From Rickettsia typhi (GTDB lineage Bacteria; Pseudomonadota; Alphaproteobacteria; Rickettsiales; UBA1997), in contig CAMCSJ010000002.1 in the NCBI GenBank assembly GCA_945878005.1, forward strand, positions 1 through 35,003: DNA of 35,003 nt, read 5' to 3'. Shown in pieces: positions 18,462 to 26,872 of the stretch. The notes under the pieces are model-generated. The model worked only from the letters and a program-made list of their open reading frames with translations, was not told where the DNA came from and made no database searches. The position numbers and the translations under genes were made by a program. How positions within the stretch are numbered: the first letter of the stretch is position 1; every line of letters starts with the position of its first letter.

Positions 18462-19748
18462 TTAACTAGTTTTTTGTAAATATTCTTCAGCTCTTCGCCT
18501 AATTTCTTTAGCAATATCTTCATCAAAACCTTCAATTGAAGATATTTCCGAAAGTTCTGCTTGAGTAATTGACTCTAGTGTTAAGAAACCTTCAGAAGCA
18601 AGTAAGTTTGCAATCATATCTTCAACATCTAAAGTTTCAATAAATAGTTTTGAAGCTTGATTAAATTCAGTTGAACGTCTTGCTGATTCTTGATCTTCAG
18701 TCATAACATCAATTTTATGATTAACTAATCTGGATGCAAGTTTAACATTTTGTCCACCCCTTCCAATTGCAAGACTAAGTTGATCCTCAGGAACAACAAC
18801 TTCAATTAAGTTATTTTCTTCATCAACCACTACTTTACTAATTTTAGCAGGAGTTAAAGAGCTGATAACTAATTCAGCAACATTTGGAGAATATTTGATG
18901 ATGTCAATTTTTTCGCCTCTTAATTCTGAACTTACCGATTGAACTCTACTACCTCTGATACCAATAAATGAACCAATAATATCAATATCATCACGACGTG
19001 AATAAATCGCAATTTTAGCACGAGATCCAGGATCGCGTGCAACTGCTTTTACTTCAATATTTCCTTCATATAATTCAGGAACTTCTTGTTCAAATAATTT
19101 TACTAAAAATTGTGGATGAGTTCTTGATAGAAAAATTTGTGCACCAAATGCTTCTTGACGAACATCTTCAATATAACAGCGAATTCTATCACCAACTCGA
19201 AAAGATTCCCTAGGAATTAATCCACTTTCGTGAATTACTGCTTCAAAACCATCAACTTCCATAACGATATTTTTTAATCCAACTTTTTTAACAGATGCAC
19301 TAACGATATCGCCAATGCGATCTTTAAATAAATTAAATTCTTTATTTTTTTCTGCTTCCTTAACTTTGCGAATTATTTCATTTCGAGCAACTTGCGCAAC
19401 AATGCGATTAAGATCGATCGGAGGAAGTTCTTGAACTACGATATCTCCAATTTCAGCTTCGCTATTTTCTTTTTTAGCATGTTTTAAATCGATATGAGTT
19501 CTGATATCGAAATCTTCAGTATCATTTGCAACAATTTGCAATTTGTTATAAAGTTTTATTTGCCCAGATTTGCGATCAATTTTACAATCAATATCCAAAT
19601 GATGACCATATTTTTTCTTAGCAGCAAGTTTAATACCTTCTTCCATCGCTTCAATTACTTCTTGTGGAGATATACCTTTCTCGTGAGCAATATTTTCAGC
19701 TACAAGAAGGATTTCTTTATTGCCCATGATTGTTAAATTACTAGCCAT
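18462..19748 (-). CDS. nusA: Transcription termination/antitermination factor NusA
   Basis: KEILLVAENIAHEKGIS.., an S1 domain and KH domains (LAIGRGGQNVKLAS). The track ORF starts at a TTG at 19793. The ATG at 19748 (MASN) or 19727 (MGNKEIL) fits the conserved NusA N-terminus. Confidence 0.95.
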   Translation of the reverse strand: MASNLTIMGNKEILLVAENIAHEKGISPQEVIEAMEEGIKLAAKKKYGHHLDIDCKIDRKSGQIKLYNKLQIVANDTEDFDIRTHIDLKHAKKENSEAEIGDIVVQELPPIDLNRIVAQVARNEIIRKVKEAEKNKEFNLFKDRIGDIVSASVKKVGLKNIVMEVDGFEAVIHESGLIPRESFRVGDRIRCYIEDVRQEAFGAQIFLSRTHPQFLVKLFEQEVPELYEGNIEVKAVARDPGSRAKIAIYSRRDDIDIIGSFIGIRGSRVQSVSSELRGEKIDIIKYSPNVAELVISSLTPAKISKVVVDEENNLIEVVVPEDQLSLAIGRGGQNVKLASRLVNHKIDVMTEDQESARRSTEFNQASKLFIETLDVEDMIANLLASEGFLTLESITQAELSEISSIEGFDEDIAKEIRRRAEEYLQKTS

Positions 19749-20062
19749 AAATTTGTTAGTTTTAATTAAGATTTTATTAAAAAATGCTTGCAATTGTTGA
19801 TTTTAACTCAAGATTAACAATAATTAGTTAAAGTTAATTTTATCTTTAGATATTGTTTTTTTAAAATTTTAAAATTAAAAATGGATATAGTTTCAAGATA
19901 AGAATCAACTAAAATTCAGCATTAAATCAGCATTAATGCCAGATATTAAAACTTAAAAATATTAAATCAACAAATTAAATAAATTTATTTAATGCATTGA
20001 TAATCCTTGATCTAAAGAGTTTGATTTTCTTGAAGAGAAGTTTTATAAGGTGTTAGCTGGGG

Positions 20063-20146
20063 TTTTGCCAAGCTTTTTGCCAAGGGTTTTGCCAAGGGTT
20101 TTGTAAAGGATTTTAAGAAGGATTTTAAGAAGGTTTTTGCTAAAAA
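20063..20146. repeat. Degenerate tandem array with a period of about 12 nt (7 units, T4-5 + gccaaggg / aagaagga)
   Basis: The units are ttttgccaagc, tttttgccaaggg, ttttgccaaggg, ttttgtaaagga, ttttaagaagga, ttttaagaaggt and ttttgctaaaaa. Confidence 0.85.
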
Positions 20147-20220
20147 AGCTAGAAATTATTGTTATTTTTAAGGCTGAAAGTCTTTTATTATTTAAAAAAT
20201 AATGTGACTTAAGATTTTAA

Positions 20221-22701
20221 TTATCCTCGTAAAGTTGCGTTACAATTTGAGTTTAAATTGGAAATAATTTTTTTACAAATCTCTTCAATCTCTTCTCCCA
20301 AGAGAGTTTTAGAGTCTTGAATTTTAACGTTAAGTGCTACGGATTTTTTATCATCACCAATATTTTCATTGGTAAAAATATCAAAAATATTTACTTCCTT
20401 GATGAGATTTTTATCAACATTTGCAATTGTCTTTTGAAGTTTTTCAACTGCTAAATCCTTATCAACTACCACTGCAAAATCTCGCTCAACAATTGGAAAA
20501 TCATTGGCAATATAAGCTTTAAAATTATTATTTCTTTTGGAAATTAATTGATCATCAATAAAAATTTCAAAGAAATTTAGGCGATTTTTTAAATTAAATT
20601 CCTGATTAATTAAAGGATGAATTTCTCCAAAATTGGCAATCAAATTCTTCCCTAATTTAAATGAAGCTTGGCGATGAGGATGAAGATATCTAATAGAATT
20701 ATCATAACTAATTTCAAGACTTGAAAACTTGATATTTAAGGCTGAAAGCGTATTGATCAAATCTTGTTTAATATCAAAAACATCGAAATCTCTTTGATCG
20801 TGATAATGGTTATTTTCGCAATTTTTTCCTGCTCTTAATGCTCCAATTGAAATTTGCTGTTGGTGATTATTTTTAAAAATATTACCAATTTCAAAAAGTG
20901 ATAAATTATTAAAATTGCGTAAAGAATTTTTTTTATAACAATTTATTAAACCAATTGCTAGAGTAGGGCGAAGATAGTTCATCTCAACGGAAACTGGATT
21001 TTTTAAAAGTAAATTTTCATCACGATCGCAAAATAATTCAACAGTTTTATCTTCAATAAATGTCCAATTTATGGTTTCAATTAATCCTTTATCAATAAGT
21101 TTACTTCGAACTTTATTCAAATAAAAATTTAAATTAACAGAATTATTGAAAGTTATTTTATTTGATGAGTTATTGTTAATTTCATTATTTTTAATTACTT
21201 TTGATTTATTATTGTTATTTTCAATTGTGTGATAATTATAACTACTAGGAAGTGGTTTTTTTAAAATATGTTCAAATCCATAAATTCTGATAAGTTCTTC
21301 AACAATATCAACGCTGATAGTGATATCATTACGATATGATGGAACTGTAAGTCTCAATAGATTATTTAATTCTTCGACTTTAAATCCTAATTTCATTAAA
21401 ATATCTATGGCAATTTTTTTATCAATCTCAATGCCAATTAATTTTTTAACTAATGAAATATCAAAATCGATAATTTTTTCAGTTAAAATTTCTTCAAAAT
21501 TACTTGGAATTTTTTTAATATTGCTAATTTGTGAATTATTATTTCCACAAATTTCCATGATCATTTTAGTTGCAAGATCAATAGCAAATTCGCAATTATG
21601 TGGATCACTTCCTCTTTCGAAACGATGACGAGATTCGCTAAGAATATTTAATTTTCTTCCTCCAAAGGCAATTACGCTTGAATTAAAATTTCCAGCTTCA
21701 AGTAATATTTCAGTAGTATCGATACTACATCCACTTGATTTTGCACCAATTATTCCAGCAATGCTAAGAATTTTTTCTTCATCACTAATGGTTAAAATAT
21801 TATCATCAATAAGATAATTTTGATTTTTTAATGAAGTAAATTCGGGCTTGGTTGATGATAAATCTATCGTGATATTTCCCTTGATATTTGAACTATCGTA
21901 GCAATGAAGTGGTTGTGATGTTAAATGCATAACATAATTTCCAATGTCAATAATTGCATTGATAGAATTGATGTCAATTGCAGTTAATTTTTCTTTAAGC
22001 CATTGCGGAGATTCAATATTTTTAATATTTTTTATATGGCGATAAACTATTAATTTACAAGCATCAGGAGCTTTATTGGTGATATTGAGATTAAATTCAA
22101 AATTGTTTTTTAAATTAATTTTTTCAAAATTTTTAAGTTTGCCAATTCCACAAGCACTGAGATCTCGAGCAATTCCATAAACTCCTAAACAATCTGCACG
22201 ATTAGGTGTTGCATATATTTCAATGATTGCATCATTGCGTAAAAATACATCGCTAATTTTAGTTTTAATTGGAAATTTATCATCAATTTCAATAATTCCT
22301 TCATCTTCATCATTGATTAATAATTCGCTAGATGAGCAAAGCATTCCATTGCTTTCAACTCCAGCGATTTTGGCTTTTTTGATAACCATTTGGTTTTTGG
22401 GAATTACCGAATTGATTTTAGCGTAAGCTACTTTAATTCCTTGACGAGCATTGCTTGCTCCACAAACAATTTGAAGTAAAGGAAGATTTTCATCAACGCA
22501 AACTTGGCAAACCTTTAGTTTAGTTGAATTTTCATGATTTTTGCATTCAACAATTTTGGCAACGCTAAACTCTGAAAGAATTTGTGATTGATCAATTACT
22601 GATTCAACTTCTAGACCAATTGAAGTAAGTTTCTGGCAAATTTCTTGAAGCGAAGAGTTAGTCTCAAGGTAGTTTTTTAAACTAGAAAGTGTAAATTTCA
22701 T
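20221..22701 (-). CDS. pheT: Phenylalanine--tRNA ligase beta subunit
   Basis: N-terminal tRNA-binding domain (FSVAKIVECKNHENSTKLKVCQV), B3/4 and B5 domains, catalytic-like core and C-terminal FDX-ACB domain. 826 aa. Confidence 0.95.
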   Translation of the reverse strand: MKFTLSSLKNYLETNSSLQEICQKLTSIGLEVESVIDQSQILSEFSVAKIVECKNHENSTKLKVCQVCVDENLPLLQIVCGASNARQGIKVAYAKINSVIPKNQMVIKKAKIAGVESNGMLCSSSELLINDEDEGIIEIDDKFPIKTKISDVFLRNDAIIEIYATPNRADCLGVYGIARDLSACGIGKLKNFEKINLKNNFEFNLNITNKAPDACKLIVYRHIKNIKNIESPQWLKEKLTAIDINSINAIIDIGNYVMHLTSQPLHCYDSSNIKGNITIDLSSTKPEFTSLKNQNYLIDDNILTISDEEKILSIAGIIGAKSSGCSIDTTEILLEAGNFNSSVIAFGGRKLNILSESRHRFERGSDPHNCEFAIDLATKMIMEICGNNNSQISNIKKIPSNFEEILTEKIIDFDISLVKKLIGIEIDKKIAIDILMKLGFKVEELNNLLRLTVPSYRNDITISVDIVEELIRIYGFEHILKKPLPSSYNYHTIENNNNKSKVIKNNEINNNSSNKITFNNSVNLNFYLNKVRSKLIDKGLIETINWTFIEDKTVELFCDRDENLLLKNPVSVEMNYLRPTLAIGLINCYKKNSLRNFNNLSLFEIGNIFKNNHQQQISIGALRAGKNCENNHYHDQRDFDVFDIKQDLINTLSALNIKFSSLEISYDNSIRYLHPHRQASFKLGKNLIANFGEIHPLINQEFNLKNRLNFFEIFIDDQLISKRNNNFKAYIANDFPIVERDFAVVVDKDLAVEKLQKTIANVDKNLIKEVNIFDIFTNENIGDDKKSVALNVKIQDSKTLLGEEIEEICKKIISNLNSNCNATLRG

Positions 22702-22775
22702 AAAATCTAAACGTTAAAAAGCATTTTTAAATTAACAATATCATCTAAGTTATTTTTAAAATTGGCAAGCTTTTT

Positions 22776-22822
22776 TAAAGATATATTTAGCAATAAAACT
22801 TAAAGATATTTAGCAATAAAAG
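22776..22822. repeat. 24/22-bp tandem direct repeat upstream of pheT
   Basis: taaagatatatttagcaataaaac (22776-22799) and taaagatatttagcaataaaag (22801-22822). Confidence 0.8.
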
Positions 22823-22881
22823 TTAATTTTTATTGATTATCAACAATGAACCTTATCTTTAAGGATTTGATTTGAATAATT

Positions 22882-23352
22882 TTAGTGGATTCTTTCAAAA
22901 TTTTTAATTGAATTATCAATGATTTTATGATGATCTTCATTATTCATTTTTGAGCTATCCTGAAGTTGAGAAAGTGCACTATAGAGAATTTTAGTTTTAA
23001 TTTGACGAATGGTTGATTCTTCTTCGTTTTTTATTCTTTGCGAAGCAAGTGCAGTCATTCTGGCAATTTCTTGATTAAGAATTTCTTGAGCATTTTGAAG
23101 TAAAACCTTTGCTTCATTATCAGCATCGGTAATTAATTTTTTAGCATTTTCAATTGCATTTTCGTGAATTTCCTTTGCATTGGCAAGAATTTTTTCAGCC
23201 TCAGCACGAGCTTCTTTTGCAAATAAAATATCTTGAGCAATCTCTTTGCTTTTATTATCAAGAGCTTTAGCGATATTTGGAGCAAATTTCTTTAGAATAA
23301 TTGCTACAAATGAAAAAAAGGCAATAGCAAGCCAAAATTTTTCGTTTAACAT
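22882..23352 (-). CDS. atpF: F0F1 ATP synthase subunit b
   Basis: A single N-terminal TM helix (FWLAIAFFSFVAIIL), then a long charged helix LDNKSKEIAQDILFAKEARAEAEKIL. It is the last gene of the F0 cluster. Confidence 0.8.
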   Translation of the reverse strand: MLNEKFWLAIAFFSFVAIILKKFAPNIAKALDNKSKEIAQDILFAKEARAEAEKILANAKEIHENAIENAKKLITDADNEAKVLLQNAQEILNQEIARMTALASQRIKNEEESTIRQIKTKILYSALSQLQDSSKMNNEDHHKIIDNSIKNFERIH

Positions 23353-23356
23353 AAGT

Positions 23357-23788
23357 TTAATTTAAAATTTTTGATTTAATATTTTTTGCAATTTTATTAA
23401 TAATTTCATCGCTATTTTTTTGCGATTCAATTACTAAATTTTGCAATTGTTTACGAGATTTTTTACTGTTTTCATCAATAGATTTTTTTAAATTGGATAT
23501 AGCTTCTTGGCGATTAGAATTAATTTTTTGAAGGGTAGATTCAATTTTTTGTTGATAATTAATTTGAGATTCTTGGTTATTTTGATGAATAGCAGTTTTC
23601 AATTTGTTGATTTCATCGTTTAAGTTGCTTGTCGCAGAAAGATCGCTATTAATTATTTTTTTTCGATTGTTCAAAATAAGCTGTATTCTTGGAGTTATGA
23701 TAAAATAAACATTTAAGAATAAGATTAAAAAACACAAGCCAAACCAAAATATTTGTGAAGGATATGTTGAGAAATCAAACTGAGGCAT
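23357..23788 (-). CDS. F0F1 ATP synthase subunit b' (alphaproteobacterial second b-type subunit)
   Basis: MPQFDFSTYPSQIFWFGLCFLILF.. is the characteristic b' N-terminus, followed by a coiled-coil tail. It lies between atpE and atpF. Confidence 0.75.
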   Translation of the reverse strand: MPQFDFSTYPSQIFWFGLCFLILFLNVYFIITPRIQLILNNRKKIINSDLSATSNLNDEINKLKTAIHQNNQESQINYQQKIESTLQKINSNRQEAISNLKKSIDENSKKSRKQLQNLVIESQKNSDEIINKIAKNIKSKILN

Positions 23789-23959
23789 AGAATCACTGAA
23801 TTAATTGTTATTATTTAATTAAATTTAATATAAAATATTTTAATATAAGGCTTTTACTTACGAGATGTTATTTTAAACTTTAACTATTGATTATTAACGA
23901 ATTTTAACATTAGTTATTATTCGTTAATAAATCAATAATTCTTAAATTATTTTGGCAAA

Positions 23960-24187
23960 TTACTTGGCAAAAAGTACTAGAAATGCAAGTAATACTGCAA
24001 ATATTCCCATTGCTTCAGCTAGTCCAACAGCGATATAAATATATTTTTCAATTTTTGGAGCAGCAGATGGATTTCTCGCAATGCTGTTAAAAAAAGAACC
24101 AAAAATATTGCCAATTGCAATTGCAGCTCCTGCCATGGCGATTGATAATAAACCAACACCGATAAATTTTAAAGCGATCATTTCCAT
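23960..24187 (-). CDS. atpE: F0F1 ATP synthase subunit c
   Basis: A 75-aa hairpin proteolipid with the ARNP loop (SIARNPS) and the conserved carboxylate in GLAEAMGIF. Confidence 0.95.
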   Translation of the reverse strand: MEMIALKFIGVGLLSIAMAGAAIAIGNIFGSFFNSIARNPSAAPKIEKYIYIAVGLAEAMGIFAVLLAFLVLFAK

Positions 24188-24374
24188 AATATAAAAAATA
24201 AAAAGTTAATAAAGTTATAATTCTCATTTACCCCATAGAATCGGGAAGTATTTAGAAAAAATTTACATTCTAACTAAACACAATTAACAGAAATGAGACT
24301 GTTAAATTCTTATATTTCAATAAACAATTTATTGTCAAAAAACAGTTATGCAAATTAATTAATTAAAAAATCTT

Positions 24375-25265
24375 TTAATGAGCTTTCATTGTTTCACTTA
24401 GATACGCACAAACTAAAATTGCAAATATATAAGCTTGTAAAACTGCAACAAACAATTCAAATCCCGTCATTATAATGCTAAAGGCAAAAGGCAATATTGC
24501 AAAAATTCCACCAAGGGAAATAATAAATCCTGCAATTACTTTTAATAAAACATGTCCTGCAACCATATTTGCAAAAAGACGAACTGAAAGAGTAATAGGA
24601 CGAATTAAAAATGAAAATAATTCAATTAAAAAAATAAGTGGAGACATCCACCACGGAACTCCACTAGGAAGAAACATGTGAATAAATCCACTAAGTTTGT
24701 TGCGATAAATTGCATAAATTGTGATAATCAAAAAACATAAAATTGCAATTGATAGAGTTACTGCTACTTGACTAGTTGAAGTAAAGCCGTAAGGAGTCAT
24801 CCCTAGAAAATTACAAATTAAAATAAAAGTAAATAAACTAAAAATTAATGGAAAAAATTTTTGCCCTTCATCGCCAATACTTCCTTTTATTAAATCATTA
24901 ATGAAGTTGAAAAGAATTTCTGCGATTGTTTGAATTCTTGATGGAATTAATGATTTTTTGCGAGTTGAAAAAATCATAAATGCAATGATTAAAAAAGTAG
25001 CAATAACCATGTAGAGAGCTGAATTGGTAAAGCTAAGATCATATTTTCCAATTTTGATATCAATGATTTTTTTTACTTCAAATTGAGTTAATGGAGAATG
25101 TTCTTCATGGGAATTTGAATCATTATGGTCATTAACATTTTGTAATTGAGAATCTTCTAAATTTTCTGAATTAGTTGAATTATGGGAATTAAGTGCATTT
25201 TTATTGTGATCATTATCACCAAAATTATTTTCTAAATCTTTTTCTTCAAAAACTTTTTTTGACAT
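24375..25265 (-). CDS. atpB: F0F1 ATP synthase subunit a, with a low-complexity N-terminal extension of about 55 aa
   Basis: The core runs from SPLTQFEV... to the essential Arg helix LSVRLFANMVAGHVLL. There is no in-frame ATG between 25265 and the first TM helix. Confidence 0.9.
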   Translation of the reverse strand: MSKKVFEEKDLENNFGDNDHNKNALNSHNSTNSENLEDSQLQNVNDHNDSNSHEEHSPLTQFEVKKIIDIKIGKYDLSFTNSALYMVIATFLIIAFMIFSTRKKSLIPSRIQTIAEILFNFINDLIKGSIGDEGQKFFPLIFSLFTFILICNFLGMTPYGFTSTSQVAVTLSIAILCFLIITIYAIYRNKLSGFIHMFLPSGVPWWMSPLIFLIELFSFLIRPITLSVRLFANMVAGHVLLKVIAGFIISLGGIFAILPFAFSIIMTGFELFVAVLQAYIFAILVCAYLSETMKAH

Positions 25266-25708
25266 ATTTAAATAAAATTAATAGACAGCAAGCCTTTAAT
25301 ATCAAGACTTTAATTCTAAATTGATTAATTGTTATGAATTTATTTAATAAATGAATTACTTTCTTTTTAAAAACTAGAAATCTAATAGCATTTACTCAAA
25401 ACCAAAAAAATTTTAAACTAAGCAAGTTTTTAAATCAAGCAGGTTTAAAATAAAAATTATAAGTTTTTAATGATAGTTTAACAAACTTAGATCTTCTAAG
25501 ATTAGATCATCTAGTTTAAGTAGATTTTATCTTTAAATTAAATTTCACTTGATTGATTAAATAATAAATGAAAATTTTAATTGAGAAATTTAAGATAAAT
25601 TATTAAATCACTTTAGGTTAAACATCGAATGTTAATAATTTTTCTTTGAAAAAATAGAAATAACATTTAACTTGAGTGCAATGTTAAAAAATATTTTATT
25701 GTTAAAAA

Positions 25709-26284
25709 ATGTTAAATTGTCAAATTTTTAAAATTGCAAAAATAGCGATTTTTGTTAATAAAATTAGATTTTTAAAATTTTTAATTATTGTTAATTTAAT
25801 TAACTTTTTTTCATTATTAAATTATGCTCATGGTCAAGAATTATTAGCAAATTTTCATGATTGGCATTTATATAAATCAAAAAAAGGAAATCAAGAAATA
25901 TGCTATTTAGCATCTACTCCTATCAAGCGTCAAGGCAATTATCTTAAAAGAGGTGAGCCTTATTTTTTGGTAACGGAAATAAAAAATGATGCTGATGAAA
26001 TTCAAGTTTCATCGGGATTTATTTTTAAAGAATCTAGCAATATTGAATTATCATTTGGAGGAAAAAAATTTAATCTTTTTGCTTTCAAAACTTCGGCTTG
26101 GGCTCAAAATAAAAATGACGATATTGAAATTATCAAAGAAATGCAAAAAAATGCTGATATGATTATTACTTCAATTGCCCATGATGGTAAAATTGCTATT
26201 GACACTTATTCCTTAATTGGCTTTGTTGATGGTTATAAAAAATTAAAACAATTATGTAATTTAATTGATAAAAATAAATTATAG
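25709..26284 (+). CDS. Invasion-associated locus B (IalB)-family periplasmic protein
   Basis: Signal-like N-terminus ending NYAHG/Q, then FHDWHLYKS....EICYLASTP, AW, and D.YSLIGFVDGYKKLKQLC. This is the W/Cys...Cys pattern I associate with the IalB family. Confidence 0.6.
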   Translation: MLNCQIFKIAKIAIFVNKIRFLKFLIIVNLINFFSLLNYAHGQELLANFHDWHLYKSKKGNQEICYLASTPIKRQGNYLKRGEPYFLVTEIKNDADEIQVSSGFIFKESSNIELSFGGKKFNLFAFKTSAWAQNKNDDIEIIKEMQKNADMIITSIAHDGKIAIDTYSLIGFVDGYKKLKQLCNLIDKNKL

Positions 26285-26290
26285 TTAAAA

Positions 26291-26821
26291 ATGATCAGAG
26301 AAATTATAAATAATTATATCATAAATAACCAAGTTTTAATCCTAATCCTATCGATCTTTGCATGCGTTCTATTTGCGATAATTATTATCCGCATAACCCT
26401 TAATTTCCTTATTAATCAGGCATATCAAAAATATAAAGCATTGAAGAATATTTTACCCAAAAATATTTTACCAAAAACTAAAAAATTTTTAAAAGAAGAT
26501 GAAGAATTACTTCGTCATAAAAATAAAATTCCTAAATCAAATTCCCAAATCAAAGCTGAAATTAGAAATGCTCAAAAGGATGAAAATGAACCTTTATATG
26601 AAATTATCCAAAGACCAAAAGAGCAAGATTTGGAACAAGTTGAGATTGTCGATATCATTAAACCAATTGGTTTCTGGACTTCTATGATTCTTGGGCAAAA
26701 ATTAACCTACTTAATTCAATCTGCACAAATGCTTAATAAAAAAGATAGTAAAGGATTTTGGGTTAGTATGGTAGAAGCTAAGGATCGTGTTGCTGGAAAA
26801 CAGCATTCGCGAGGTCGTTAA
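26291..26821 (+). CDS. Hypothetical membrane-anchored protein (176 aa)
   Basis: One N-terminal TM helix (VLILILSIFACVLFAIIIIRI), a charged linker with a KNILPKNILP duplication, and a C-terminal duplicated motif GFWTSMILGQK / GFWVSMVEAKD ending in SRGR. The ATG lies 6 nt after the upstream stop. Confidence 0.6.
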   Translation: MIREIINNYIINNQVLILILSIFACVLFAIIIIRITLNFLINQAYQKYKALKNILPKNILPKTKKFLKEDEELLRHKNKIPKSNSQIKAEIRNAQKDENEPLYEIIQRPKEQDLEQVEIVDIIKPIGFWTSMILGQKLTYLIQSAQMLNKKDSKGFWVSMVEAKDRVAGKQHSRGR

Positions 26822-26872
26822 TATCGCATTCTAAATTTCATATTTATGAAATGAATTTAATTAATAAAATTT

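Noticed and set aside
19494-19736. 80-aa plus-strand ORF inside nusA
   Set aside because: It is antisense to the conserved NusA N-terminal and S1 region.
20063-20146. CRISPR array or mobile-element terminal repeats as an explanation for this and the other tandem arrays (4055-4093, 30121-30180, 34080-34165)
   Set aside because: The units are only 10-14 bp and directly abutting, with no unique spacers, no cas genes, no transposase and no flanking inverted repeats.
20049-20171. Possible cationic amphipathic peptide (..FAKGFAKGFVKDFKKDFKKVFAKKARNYCYF*) encoded by the 12-nt repeat array
   Set aside because: The frame is open only from a stop at 20046-20048. It contains no ATG, GTG or TTG start before the repeats, so it is more likely non-coding repeat DNA.
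21320-22426. Plus-strand ORFs 21320-21628 and 22223-22426 inside pheT
   Set aside because: They are antisense shadow ORFs within a full-length PheT.
24475-24681. 68-aa plus-strand ORF inside atpB
   Set aside because: It is antisense to the conserved subunit-a helices.
26499-26687. 62-aa same-strand, out-of-frame ORF nested in the 176-aa membrane-anchored orphan
   Set aside because: Its K-rich low-complexity translation is typical of frame-shifted AT-rich sequence. It has no separate start context or motif. It is kept only as a note.
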